The notes beneath the pieces were generated by a model. That model worked only from the letters and a program-made list of their open reading frames with translations. It had not been told where the DNA came from and did not search any database. Shown here one piece after another: positions 34,908 through 47,772 of a stretch of DNA of 64,000 nucleotides (the stretch's first letter is position 1; each line of letters begins with the position of its first letter). Source of the stretch: Macrostomum hystrix (Eukaryota > Animalia > Platyhelminthes); assembly GCA_950097015.1 (NCBI GenBank), contig CATNEN010000035.1, positions 1,538,099 to 1,602,098 on the forward strand, given 5' to 3'. Position numbers and translations under genes: made by a program.

Positions 34908-35685
34908 TAAACCCGAATCTTCCCAAATCCGAATCTTCCCAAACTCGAATCCTCCCAAAATCCAAATTTTCTCAAACCCGAATCTTCCTAAACACGAATC
35001 TTCCCAAACCCGACTCTTCCCAAACACGAATCTTCCCAAACCCGAATCTTCCCAAACCCGAATCTTCCCAAACCCGAATCTTCCCAAACCCGAATCTTCC
35101 CAAACTCGACTCATCCTAAACTTGAATCTTCCCAAACCCGAATCTTCCCAAACCCGAATCTTCCCAAACCCGAATCTTCCCAAACCCGAATCTTCCCAAA
35201 CCCGAATCTTCCCAAACCCGACTCTTCCCAAACCCGAATCTTCCCAAACCCGAATCTTCCCAAACCCGAATCTTCCCAAAACCGAATCTTCCCAAACCCG
35301 AATCTTCCCAAACCCGAATCTTCCCAAACTCGACTCATCCTAAACTTGAATCTTCCCAAACCCGACTCTTCTCGAAATCCGAATCTTCCCAAACTCGACT
35401 CATCCCAAACTTGAATCTTCCCAAACCCGAATCTTCCCAAACCCGAATCTTCCCAAACCCGAATCTTCCCAAATCCGAATCTTCCCAAACCCGACTCTTC
35501 CCAAACCCGAATCTTCCCAAACTCGACTCATCCCAAACTTGAATCTTCCCAAACCCGAATCTTCCCAAACTCGAATCTTCCCAAGCTCGAATCTTCCCAA
35601 ACCCGAATCTTCCCAAACTCGACTCATCCTAAACTTGAATCTTCCCAAACCCGAATCTTCCCAAACTCAAATCTTCCCAAACCCA
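34908..35685. repeat. 15/16-bp minisatellite (CCCGAATCTTCCCAAA)n
   Basis: Directly visible. Confidence 0.93.
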
Positions 35686-37039
35686 TCACTTCACAATCTC
35701 CGAAATTTTCAAGCCAGAAAATTTGTGAACAAAAAAACTTTCAGGGCAGAGCGGGTTGCCTCACGTACTAAGGTCCGTGAGCTCGATTCCGCGGCGAGGC
35801 CACATTCATTTGCAGGGTGCTGCCGTGGAGAGAAGAAGTCTAGCTTCTAGATTAATCTTACAATTTATGCCCTTGTGGGCCAACCTCCAAGGTACAGTGC
35901 AGTACAGTGTACTGCCTGACGATGAGAAAGTCAGGGCAGACACCTGGTATGCGTGTCACCAAATGATGCGCCATTGCCTGCAAATATTATTCATAAATGT
36001 TAGCTTTTAAAACAGAAAATTCATGCAGATTGGAATAGAAAATGCGGACTGTATAGTACGAGTAAAAAGGAAGCAAAGCGTTAGGTACAGGAGAGCTCTC
36101 GTTATGTCTCGACATTATAAAGTTCAAGACATGCAGGATGAAAAATTTAGGCCACTTCGGATCGCCAAAATGCCACCTGCTCTGAGCACAGCTTCTCACT
36201 ATTGATATTGATTGTGCGAGGAGAAACGGTTGCGATGCCGCGGCAGCTGCTGGGACATGGGAGGACTTGGGGGAGTGGGGAGTGCAGCTGCCAGTTGCCT
36301 CATCCCTTCCCCGACCAATAAATGGTTGTCCAGGGTAAGCCCGGTGTCAAAGACGATATCTCATGCCCAAATGGGCCCCCACCCTAATAACACTGCACCT
36401 GGATCTGACTTGGAAACTATTGAATACAGACAGCTTGGAGATGAAATTGCTATCGGTATTGGATAACAGGGCATTGATGTAGGAACCTATATGCTGTCCT
36501 CGGTATTGTAAACAATAAAATGAATTGTTGACCATTTACCAAATGTTCGCTGCATAGCAGCACATGCATTATATATACAACTATTTCTTTCCCTATATTT
36601 ATGTTTCGGCTTTAGACTTCAGTGATCGTTTTTAGTTAAAATTTATATTGTTTTAATGTGCATATTGACCAATGTTTGCTAACAGTGAAACTATTTTTCT
36701 GTGTATGAAGTGGTATAGCAGAAGAGAAGTTATAATACTTCTCAAAACTGAAAAAAAGGTTTATTTTTACTTTGCTAGTCTTTAAAAACCAACAATACTG
36801 TCGCCTTACACACGCGACAGCCAACTCTGCTAGACTAAAACACTTGGGCCAAATTGTCTTATAATAAAGTTTTTATAACGGTGGGTTGCGAAAAAAAGTC
36901 AAACAAATTTCCTCTTCTACTTTCAAACATTTAGAAAGCCATTGTCATATAGTAAAAACTATGTTAAGAAAAATAGACTAGTAGAGAACAAAGGAGTGAA
37001 CTAAAGCAGGAAGAAGGCATAGATATTTTAATATAACAG

Positions 37040-40000
37040 GGCAGAGGTAGAGAGGTGAAGAGAAGGACGTAGAGGTAGAAAGGTATAATGAGAGGGAGAG
37101 AGGTAGAGTGAGTGTATAGAGAGTTAGAGTGAGAGGAAGAGAGTTAGAATGAGTGTATAGAGAGTTAGAGTGAGAAGAAGAGAGTTAGAATGAGAGGAAG
37201 AGAGTTAGAATGAGAGGAAGAGAGTTAGAGTGAGAGGAAGAGAGGTAGAGTGAGAGGAAGAGAGTTAGAGTGAGAGGAAGAGAGGTAGAGTGAGAGGGAG
37301 ATAGTTAGAGTGAGAGGAAGAGAGGTAGAGTGAGAGGACGAGAGGTAGAATGAGAGGAAGAGAGTTAGAGTGAGAGGAAGAGAGTTAGAGTCAGAGGAAG
37401 AGAGTTAGAGTGAGTGTATAGAGAGTTAGAGTGAGAAGAAGAGAGTTAGAATGAGAGGAAGAGAGTTAGAATGAGAGGAAGAGAGTTAGAGTGAGAGGAA
37501 GAGAGGTAGAGTGAGAGGAAGAGAGTTAGAATGAGAGGAAGAGAGTTAGAATGAGAGGAAGAGAGTTAGAGTGAGAGGAAGAGAGTTAGAATGAGAGGAA
37601 GAGAGTTAGAATGAGAGGAAGAGAGTTAGAGTGAGAGGAAGAGAGGTAGAGTGAGAGGGAGATAGTTAGAGTGAGAGGACGAGAGGTAGAATGAGAGGAA
37701 GAGAGTTAGAGTGAGAGGAAGAGAGTTAGAGTGAGAGGAAGACAGCTAGAATGAGAAGAAGAGAGTTAGAGTGAGAGGGAGAGAGTTAGAGTGAGAGGAA
37801 GAGAGGTAGAGTGAGAGGGAGATAGTTAGAGTGAGAGGAAGAGAGGTAGAGTGAGAGGAAGAGAGTTAGAGTGAGAGGAAGACAGCTAGAATGAGAGGAA
37901 GAGAGTTAGAGTGAGAGGGAGATAGTTAGAGTGAGAGGAAGAGAGGTAGAGTGAGAGGGAGATAGTTAGAGTGAGAGGAAGAGAGGTAGAGTGAGAGGAC
38001 GAGAGGTAGAATGAGAGGAAGAGAGTTAGAGTCCGAGGAAGAGAGTTAGAGTGAGAGGAAGAGAGTTAGAGTGAGAGGAAGAGAGCTAGAATGAGAGGAA
38101 GAGAGTTAGAGTGAGTGTATAGAGAGTTAGAGTGAGAGGAAGAGAGTTAGAGTGAGAGGAAGAGAGTTAGAGTGAGAGGAAGAGAGGTAGAGCGAGAGGA
38201 AGAGAGTTAGAGTGAGAGGAAGAGAGGTAGAGCGAGAGGAAGAGAGTTAGAGTGAGAGGAAGAGAGCTAGAATGAGAGGAAGAGAGTTAGAGTGAGTGTA
38301 TAGAGAGTTAGAGTGAGAGGAAGAGAGTTAGAGTGAGAGGAAGAGAGGTAGAGTGAGAGGACGAGAGGTAGAATGAGAGGAAGAGAGTTAGAGTCAGAGG
38401 AAGAGTTTTAGAGTGAGAGGAAGAGAGTTAGAGTAAGAGGAAGAGAGCTAGAATGAGAGGAAGAGAGTTAGAGTGAGAGGAAGAGAGTTAGAGTGAGAGG
38501 AAGAGAGTTAGAGTGAGAGGAAGAGAGTTAGAGTAAGAGGAAGAGAGCTAGAATGAGAGGACGAGAGGTAGAGTGAGAGGAAGAGAGTTAGAGTCAGAGG
38601 AAGAGAGTTAGAGTGAGAGGAAGAGAGTTAGAGTGAGAGGAAGAGAGTTAGAGTCAGAGGAAGAGAGTTAGAGTGAGTGTATAGAGAGTTAGAGTGAGAA
38701 GAAGAGAGTTAGAATGAGAGGAAGAGAGTTAGAATGAGAGGAAGAGAGTTAGAGTGAGAGGACGAGAGGTAGAATGAGAGGAAGAGAGTTAGAGTGAGAG
38801 GAAGAGAGTTAGAGTCAGAGGAAGAGAGTTAGAGTGAGTGTATAGAGAGTTAGAGTGAGAAGAAGAGAGTTAGAATGAGAGGAAGAGAGTTAGAATGAGA
38901 GGAAGAGAGTTAGAGTGAGAGGAAGAGAGGTAGAGTGAGAGGAAGAGAGTTAGAATGAGAGGAAGAGAGTTAGAATGAGAGGAAGAGAGTTAGAGTGAGA
39001 GGAAGAGAGTTAGAATGAGAGGAAGAGAGTTAGAATGAGAGGAAGAGAGTTAGAGTGAGAGGAAGAGAGGTAGAGTGAGAGGGAGATAGTTAGAGTGAGA
39101 GGACGAGAGGTAGAATGAGAGGAAGAGAGTTAGAGTGAGAGGAAGAGAGTTAGAGTGAGAGGAAGACAGCTAGAATGAGAAGAAGAGAGTTAGAGTGAGA
39201 GGGAGAGAGTTAGAGTGAGAGGAAGAGAGGTAGAGTGAGAGGGAGATAGTTAGAGTGAGAGGAAGAGAGGTAGAGTGAGAGGACGAGAGGTAGAATGAGA
39301 GGAAGAGAGTTAGAGTGAGAGGAAGAGAGTTAGAGTGAGAGGAAGACAGCTAGAATGAGAGGAAGAGAGTTAGAGTGAGAGGGAGATAGTTAGAGTGAGA
39401 GGAAGAGAGGTAGAGTGAGAGGGAGATAGTTAGAGTGAGAGGAAGAGAGGTAGAGTGAGAGGACGAGAGGTAGAATGAGAGGAAGAGAGTTAGAGTCCGA
39501 GGAAGAGAGTTAGAGTGAGAGGAAGAGAGTTAGAGTGAGAGGAAGAGAGCTAGAATGAGAGGAAGAGAGTTAGAGTGAGTGTATAGAGAGTTAGAGTGAG
39601 AGGAAGAGAGTTAGAGTGAGAGGAAGAGAGTTAGAGTGAGAGGAAGAGAGGTAGAGCGAGAGGAAGAGAGTTAGAGTGAGAGGAAGAGAGGTAGAGCGAG
39701 AGGAAGAGAGTTAGAGTGAGAGGAAGAGAGCTAGAATGAGAGGAAGAGAGTTAGAGTGAGTGTATAGAGAGTTAGAGTGAGAGGAAGAGAGTTAGAGTGA
39801 GAGGAAGAGAGGTAGAGTGAGAGGACGAGAGGTAGAATGAGAGGAAGAGAGTTAGAGTCAGAGGAAGAGTTTTAGAGTGAGAGGAAGAGAGTTAGAGTAA
39901 GAGGAAGAGAGCTAGAATGAGAGGAAGAGAGTTAGAGTGAGAGGAAGAGAGTTAGAGTGAGAGGAAGAGAGTTAGAGTGAGAGGAAGAGAGTTAGAGTAA

Positions 40001-41368
40001 GAGGAAGAGAGCTAGAATGAGAGGACGAGAGGTAGAATGAGAGGAAGAGAGTTAGAGTCAGAGGAAGAGAGTTAGAGTGAGAGGAAGAGAGTTAGAGTGA
40101 GAGGAAGAGAGTTAGAGTCAGAGGAAGAGAGTTAGAGTCAGAGGAAGAGAGTTAGAGTGAGAGGAAGAGAGTTAGAGTTAGAGGAAGAGAGTTAGAGTAA
40201 GAGAATGAGAGCTAGAATGAGAGGAAGAGAGTTAGAGTGAGAGGAAGAGAGTTAGAGTGAGAGGAAGAGAGTTAGAGTGAGAGGAAGAGAGTTAGAGTAA
40301 GAGGAAGAGAGCTAGAATGAGAGGAAGAGAGTTAGAGTGAGAGGAAGAGAGTTAGAGTGAGAGGAAGAGAGTTAGAGTGAGAGGAAGAGAGTTAGAGTGA
40401 GAGGAAGAGAGCTAGAATGAGAGGAAGAGAGTTAGAGTGAGAGGAAGAGAGTTAGAGTGAGAGGAAGAGAGTTAGAGTCAGTGTATAGAGAGTTAGAGTC
40501 AGAGGAAGAGAGTTAGAGTGAGTGTATAGAGAGTTAGAGTGAGAGGAAGAGAGTTAGAGTGAGAGGAAGAGAGTTAGAGTGAGAGGAAGAGAGTTAGAGT
40601 GAGAGGAAGAGAGTTAGAGTAAGAGGAAGAGAGCTAGAATGAGAGGAAGAGAGTTAGAGTGAGAGGAAGAGAGTTAGAGTGAGAGGAAGAGAGTTAGAGT
40701 GAGAGGAAGAGAGTTAGAGTGAGAGGAAGAGAGCTAGAATGAGAGGAAGAGAGTTAGAGTGAGAGGAAGAGAGTTAGAGTGAGAGGAAGAGAGTTAGAGT
40801 CAGTGTATAGAGAGTTAGAGTCAGAGGAAGAGAGTTAGAGTGAGTGTATAGAGAGTTAGAGTGAGAGGAAGAGAGTTAGAGTGAGAGGAAGAGAGTTAGA
40901 GTGAGAGGAAGAGAGTTAGAGTAAGAGGAAGAGAGCTAGAATGAGAGGAAGAGAGTTAGAGTGAGAGGAAGAGAGTTAGAGTGAGAGGAAGAGAGTTAGA
41001 GTGAGAGGAAGAGAGTTAGAGTGAGAGGAAGAGAGCTAGAATGAGAGGAAGAGAGTTAGAGTGAGAGGAAGAGAGTTAGAGTGAGAGGAAGAGAGTTAGA
41101 GTCAGTGTATAGAGAGTTAGAGTCAGAGGAAGAGAGTTAGAGTCAGTGTATAGAGAGTTAGAGTGAGAGGAAGAGAGTTAGAGTCAGAGGAAGAGAGTTA
41201 GAGTCAGTGTATAGAGAGTTAGAGTCAGAGGAAGAGAGTTAGAGTCAGTGTATAGAGAGTTAGAGTCAGTGTATAGAGAGTTAGAGTCAGAGGAAGAGAG
41301 TTAGAGTCAGTGTATAGAGAGTTAGAGTGAGAGGAAGAGAGTTAGAGTCAGTGTATAGAGAGTTAGAG
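37040..41368. repeat. 4.3-kb purine-rich 20-bp satellite (GAGAGTTAGAGTGAGAGGAA)n
   Basis: More than 200 units with variant blocks and an internal 1464-bp duplication. Confidence 0.97.
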
Positions 41369-42117
41369 TGGGACAGAGAATTAGTAGCAAACTGTACATG
41401 AGCATTGGAATGTTGGAATAAGAGGGAGCATGGCTAGCCACCAGGACCCTATACCCACAATGGGAAGGAAAGCTAGCTGTCTCCATGTGTTCCGCAGTCC
41501 TTTAGAGGGGTGTGACAAAATCGAGTCTTGCATCACTAGGCAGCTAGTTCACTTTCTCTCAGAAACTTGCAGCCACTTCAATGCGCCACTTTACATCAAC
41601 TGCTAAATTTGTATGGATGAATGTCTGTGTGTAGCCGTGTCTGTTCGACTCGACGCGTCACCATCAAATAGGAGCTCATTTGGGAGAGGCGATAAGGCCT
41701 GTCCCACTCACACGTGAGTCAACTAAGAGGCTAAGGAAATGTTCTCAAAAAGGTTGAGCTGTCGAAATCATCCACTTGCGCGAATATATATCTACTCCAC
41801 TAGAGACAGCCCATATATTGCAACTTTGAGCACAATGAAGCTCCATCAATCTTTAAGTTGAGCTGGTTAAACTCTTTATAATGATATGAGAGTTGCCAGA
41901 GGGAATTCCCACAGTTAGTGGTCCGACTTAAACTAGCTGTTAGTAACTTTTTAGACCTTCGTTTAGTCAATAGTAGCATACTACTTGTTTTAATGTTAGT
42001 AGCATTCATAGCGCATTGAACGCGATTTTTCGATGCGCAGCAGCTTTTATGCAATTTAGAGAAATTTGCGAGATTATGTTTTAAAGTGACAGTGCGGTGT
42101 TTGATGAACGTTTAAGA

Positions 42118-42283
42118 GAGGGGCGGAATTCCAAGGAGCGAAATTCCAAGGGGGCGGAATTCCAAGGGGCGGAATTTCCAAGGGGCGGAATTTCATACAG
42201 GGCAGAATGGCAAGGGGCGGAATTCCAAGGGGCGGAATTACAAGGGGCAGAATTACAAGGGGCGGAATTGCAAGGGGCGGAAC
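42118..42283. repeat. 15-bp minisatellite (GGGGCGGAATTCCAA)n
   Basis: About 10 units. Confidence 0.88.
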
Positions 42284-42717
42284 GGTGGCCGGTGGCAATT
42301 TCCTCAGTACTGTGTGGATGCTGTGTACTCATGGTGGCTTTACTGTGTGTGAAGTTAAACGAGGGCAATTTTTTGCGCGCGAGTAATTATGTCAAGATTC
42401 AAATTTCAAAGTAAAATTTTTCTGTTCTAAAATTCGAGGACTTGTATGATATTTAAGGACTTGTCGAAAACTAACACCTAATTCTTAGCTCACCATCACA
42501 ACGGCACCTGTTAAGTTATTTTTCAGAGAAATTTAACAAGTAATCTGCCAAATGGGAAAATGATCTAAAAATTAGATAAAAAACGGAGTTACTTTTGCAG
42601 CCCACATAAGACGTAGATATCATCCCGCTATCCCTCAGCATGCTTCCTCTGGTACTATGGCGACGCGATTATCTTTGTATCAACGGGTCGGCCGGCAGAT
42701 TGCGTGTGAATTGGTAG

Positions 42718-43049
42718 TGTTGTATTCTTGAAGTAACGAATACAGAGATTCCAATTGTAGTGTTGGTAAATGTAAGTATAGCGCCGAAAGGAGCACTCGG
42801 CAGTCGACTGGATAAGCGTGTATTTGTAACAGCAGTATTATTAAATACTGGAAAGGTCTTGAGTGTGTGCACCGCGCGGGGGTTTCTATTTATAGCCTGG
42901 GGAGCGAGTGGGAGAACTTTCTAGAAAGTTCTCATAGATAGCCCGCGGGGGAGGCGCAGAGAAGATTCTGGAAACAACAGAGTGTTATAACAAGTGGTAG
43001 AAAGTTCTAGAAAACTATTTACGGAATTATCGTAACGAAACCCACAACA
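42718..43049 (-). repeat. 3' LTR
   Basis: Differs from the 5' LTR at only 2 of 332 positions by my visual alignment. Confidence 0.96.
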
Positions 43050-43087
43050 CCTCCCCACCAAAACTGTGAGTACAGCTGATAGAAAGT

Positions 43088-46000
43088 CTATAAGTCCATT
43101 TGTAGCCGTGGCTTTCGCTGCCTAGCCGACCGTCGTGGATTATCTGGTCCGTAGGGCGGCGGGTGTTGGACTTGGTCCGGCGCTCGCCATCCTGGAGGCC
43201 TGGGTCGAGATCCTGGATGTGCCACCGCTAGTGTGGCCGGCAGCATCAGGTGGCCGGCCGTTTCGTTTTGTTGAGTCGGCAGTGATCCTGGCTCGCTGTC
43301 TTCCGCGGACACGTGTCGCGGTTGAAGCTGGTCGAAGTGCCGTCGCCACACCGGGCCGCTTGGGACAACCTTGACGTTGACGCTGCGGCTGCCGTGCCGC
43401 TTGGTGACCACTGCCGGAACCCAGCGGCCTTCCTTCTCGCGGCGTGGTCCGTAGTAGCGAGCGTAGACCGGATCTCCGACGTTGTAGCCTTCTCGGACGC
43501 GAGACACCTTTTTCCGAGCTCTGGACTCTTCGGCCTGCTTGACTGGGCGAGATGGGCTGGAGATGGCAGCAGAGTATCAATCTGCGTCCTGATCTGCCGG
43601 CCATTTAGGAGTTCGCTCGGAGAGTAGCCGTTGACCGCAGGAGTCCGTCGGTACTGCATCAGGAACTGCTGTAGCGCCCTGGCAGGTGGCAGGCTGGATT
43701 TCTTCAGGGCCTTCTTGAAGGTCTGAACCAGTCGTTCGGCCGCTCCGTTTGTTGCAGGATGATACGGAGCTCCTGTGAGGTGCGCGATGCCGTGTTCGCG
43801 ACACCAAGCTTGAAACTCCTCAGCCATGAATGCCGCTGCATTGTCTGTGACGATGGCGTGAGGGTAGCCGAAGTGGGCGAAGTCTTCTTCCAGAAGCTCG
43901 ATCGTTGCCCGCGTTGACATGGATTGCGTCGGGTGTATGCACGGGTACTTCGAGTAGGCGTCCGTGAGCACTAGCCAGTTGGTGCCGAGGAAGTTGACTG
44001 CGTGATCCAGATGTAGGCGACTCCAAGGCTTCTCAGGCATCATCCACGGATGGACGGCGGCCTTTGGCGGATGATTTTGGTGCTCAGCACAGCTGTGGCA
44101 GCCGTGGCACAGGTGCTCGACGTCGTCGTCGATGTTCGGCCAGTAGACTGCCGATCGAGCCAGCTGCTTCATCCTCTGTATTCCAAAGTGTCCGAGGTGG
44201 AGGATTTTCAGCACCTCATTCCGGAGGTTCCGAGGAATCACAAGACGACAGCCATGCAGAAGACATCCGTTGCAGCAGGACAGCGAATCTTTGACCTTCC
44301 GCAGGCGGGCCAGCTCAGCGTCCTCGTCTCGTCCGATTGGCGGCCCAACCTTCTCGACAGTAGCGCATGGCGGTGGAGATGACTGGGTCCCTCGATGATT
44401 CCTTGGCTACGGCTGAGGCGTCAGCCGGCCGGATCTGCAGGCTCAGGACCTTGATCGCACAGACCATGTCGAAGTCGGCTGTGCTCTCCTCCCCGTCGAA
44501 GTCTAGGTCGTCTCCGACTGGCAGGCGACTCAGGGCGTCCGCATTTCCGTGACTCTTCGTCTGGCGGTACTCGATTTCGTAGGTGAAATTGTGGAGCAGG
44601 TTCGCCCAACGAGCCAGTCGGTTTGCCGCCATCACTGGTGTCTCCTTCTCGGGCCCGAATAGAGAAATCAACGGCTTATGGTCCGTGACCAGGATGAACT
44701 TGCGGTTGAACAAGTATTGGAAAAACTTCTTTAGGCCGAAGATGATTGAAAGGGCTTCCTTCTGAATCTGAGGATAGCGGCGCTGAGCATCCGTCAGAGA
44801 CTTTGAAGCGTTGGCGATCGGCCGCTCGCTACCATCCGGGTAGCGGTGGAACAGGACGGCGCCGATCCCGACGTTGGATGCGTCGCAGGAGAGCCCGAGA
44901 GGGAGGTCGGCATTGTAGTGGACCAGCACGTTGTCCGACGAGAGCTCCTCCTTGATCTGTTCGAAGGCCCGCTGCTCCGCGTCGCCCCATGTCCATGGTG
45001 CGTCCTTCCTGGTGAGTCGGTACAGCGGCTCAGAGATCGTGGCCATGCTTGGCGGCAGAAACTTTGCGTAGAACTGGACCGAGCCGAGGAATGACCGGAG
45101 GCTGGACACGTCCTTTGGTGGAGGCATTTCGCGGACAGCGTCCACCTTGGTTCCCTTGGCGATGCCTTCTTTCGACAGTACATAGCCAAGGTACTCGATG
45201 CTGGGCATGGCGAATTTGCACTTCTCCCGTCGGCAGCGAAGTCCCTTGTCAGAAAGGCGTTGGAAAAGCCGGCGTAGGTTTGCGAGATGCTCATCAGCGG
45301 TCGCGCCGCCGACCAGGTAGTCGTCCAAGTAGAAAACGACTCCGGGCAGATCACCGGCTACCATTTCCATGATGAACTGGAACTCACCCACTGCAGACTT
45401 CGGGCCGAAAGCGAGCCGCTTCTGAAGAAGCACACCCCGGTGGGTGCTCAGTGCCAGGCGCCTCTGACTCATCGGTCCCAACTCGATCTGGTTGTAGGCG
45501 TCGGCCAGATCTACCTTTGAGAAGCAGTAGCTGCCTCCCAGCTTCTGTAGCAGTTCCTCTGGGAGGGGCAGCGGGTGACGGTTGTCTTCCAGCTGCGGGT
45601 TGATAGTGCACGAGTAGTCTCCGCAGACTCGCAGTTTCGGCTGCTCTGAGCCGGTCGAGGGCTTTCGCACGGGGACCACGGGCGTCCCGTAGTCATTGAA
45701 GTCAGTAGGCTCCCAGATGCCTCTCCTGATGCCCTCGTCGTAGGCGCGCTCGAGCTCCTCGCGGATGGCGAAGGGGACAGGCCTAGCCTTCCGGAACACC
45801 GGCTTTGCATCCGGGTTAAACTGCAACTCGAGCTTGAAGTCCTTGAGGCAACCCAGCTCGTCCTTCCACAGGTCCGGGAATTCGTCGCAAAGATTTCGGC
45901 AGGCCTTTTGAAGAGCCTCGTCCGGCAGCAGGTGGTCAAACACTGCGTTGACTTCTTGAATGGCGCTGGCAGCGCCGAGCAGTTTGTCGACGGAGATTCC

Positions 46001-47341
46001 CAACAGCTTCGTGGCGGTCCGGCCGAGTAGATTCAAGCCGGGCACCTGTGTGACGATGTACTGGATGTCGTGCTCAGGAGCTGAGCCAGGCAATGTCGTT
46101 TTCCCGACGAAGGTACCTAGTACAGGTAAGTCGTGTCGGCTGGCGGACTCGTAGCGTGACATCGCTACTTCGAGCGGCGGCGTCCCCAGCTTCTTCCAGA
46201 ATGACTCTGTGATGAAGCTGCCGTTTGTCGCAGTGTCGACCTCGATGGCGAGAGCCTTGCCTTGGATGTGGATCGACACTTCCAGCTTAGGCAGGTCGTC
46301 CTCGGTTCGGGCTACAGCATGTACAAGCACATGCTCCTCGACCTGTTTCACTGGCTTCTTGAAGTTCGCCGCAAGGGCAGATCCTTTGGCCTTGGAACGG
46401 CAGACAGATTCTAGGTGACCCACCTTTTTGCAGTGCCGGCAGGTCGCGTCTTTGAATCGGCAATCGTTTGCCCGATGGTTCTTCGCTCCGCAGCGGTAGC
46501 ACGAACCAGACGCAGAGTCAGTAGTAGACCTGGAAGCAGTAGAATCTGTCGTAAATTTCGCCGAAGTGGCTCCGGGTCGCCGAACCTTCTGCTTAACCTT
46601 GTTAACGGGGCTGGATTTGTCGCCGTAAACCGTCTCCTTGGCGACTCGGGCGGCTTCCTCTGTCTCGATGGCGATCTCGACAGCCCGGGCGAACGTGAGC
46701 TCTTCCACCTTTAATTTGAACAAAGCTTTGAGTACTGCTTCGTTCCTCACTGAGCAGATGAAACGCGTGCGCAGCGCCTCGTCCAGTGGATCTTTGATGG
46801 AAGAGAAATCGCAGGTGGTTGCGTCCTGGCGGATTCTCGCAGCCAGTTCCTGGATCGTCTCACCCGGTTTCCGCCGCATGTCGCTCCAGAACCGGAAACG
46901 CTCCCGCACGATGAAGCGCTTGGTGTCATACTGTTCTTCCATGAACTTCTCAATCTCGTCCATAGTGAGCGTGTTGATCTCCTTCCGCGGCGTCTGCTGC
47001 GCTGCCAAGTTTGAGAGAAGCTTGTAGACAGACGGAGACTGGTTCGTCAGGAACACCTGAGCCTTCTTGTCGTCGGGTATGGAGTTCGCGCCCGTGAAGG
47101 TGCAGAATCTGGCCAAGTAGTCGGGCCAGAGCTCGGACGTGGCGTCGAATGGCGAGAAACCCGGAGTCGACGTCGTCACATGTGTCGGCAAAGCTGCAGC
47201 CTGGGACTGGTCCGCTGCAGGCTTTAGAGACCGAATGAGGTCGAGCATCATCTGCCGGTCAGCGTTCCGCTGTTGTCGTTCTTCTTCCATCTGCTGCCGT
47301 AGGAGGCTGATTATATCCTCGTCTTGCATCGTTTCGGGCAT
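43088..47341 (-). CDS. Gag-Pol polyprotein with two single-base frameshifts (about 44345 and 43511)
   Basis: Two CCHC knuckles (CYRCGAKNHRANDC, CRHCKKVGHLESVC), protease VDTA, RT YLDD, RNase H CDAS..QKEAL..TDHKPL, integrase HHCC plus D-D-E (LDH, TDN, AER), and a C-terminal WVPAVV..RRHFDQL domain in ORF 43088..43507. Confidence 0.92.
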
Positions 47342-47413
47342 GATTGTAGTAGCTTGATCCTTCGGTCAATAGTGACAGTCGTTGTAGATTAGACGTCCTC
47401 GAAGTTGATCAAG

Positions 47414-47431
47414 ATCCTGCTTGCGACGCCA
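47414..47431 (-). promoter_or_regulatory. Primer-binding site, probably for tRNA-Ser
   Basis: TGGCGTCGCAAGCAGGAT is complementary to ATCCTGCTTGCGACG-CCA, which fits the ATCCTG-N9-CCA 3' end of eukaryotic tRNA-Ser. Confidence 0.7.
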
Positions 47432-47440
47432 GAAAATCCC

Positions 47441-47772
47441 TGTTGTATTCTTGAAGTAACGAAGACAGAGATTCCGATTGTAGTGTTGGTAAATGTAAGT
47501 ATAGCGCCGAAAGGAGCACTCGGCAGTCGACTGGATAAGCGTGTATTTGTAACAGCAGTATTATTAAATACTGGAAAGGTCTTGAGTGTGTGCACCGCGC
47601 GGGGGTTTCTATTTATAGCCTGGGGAGCGAGTGGGAGAACTTTCTAGAAAGTTCTCATAGATAGCCCGCGGGGGAGGCGCAGAGAAGATTCTGGAAACAA
47701 CAGAGTGTTATAACAAGTGGTAGAAAGTTCTAGAAAACTATTTACGGAATTATCGTAACGAAACCCACAACA
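47441..47772 (-). repeat. 5' LTR
   Basis: Matches 42718-43049. TATAAATAG lies on the minus strand near 47605. Confidence 0.96.

Larger units (their letters stand above)
42718..47772 (-). mobile_element. Full-length Ty3/Gypsy LTR retrotransposon (Mag-like), 5055 bp, with a 5-bp TSD GGTAG
   Basis: 332-bp LTRs (42718-43049 and 47441-47772) with TGT..ACA termini. GGTAG lies at 42713-42717 and 47773-47777. PBS at 47414-47431 and PPT GGTGGGGAGG at 43050-43059. Domain order is gag-PR-RT-RH-IN. Confidence 0.97.

Noticed and set aside
27625-42283. Common origin for the GGGGTATTTCGGAT, AAAGATCCCAAACTC, CCCGAATCTTCCCAAA and GGGGCGGAATTCCAA arrays
   Set aside because: They share a style (14-16 bp, G/C run plus short palindromic core) but not alignable sequence, and I found no shared flanks or TIRs.
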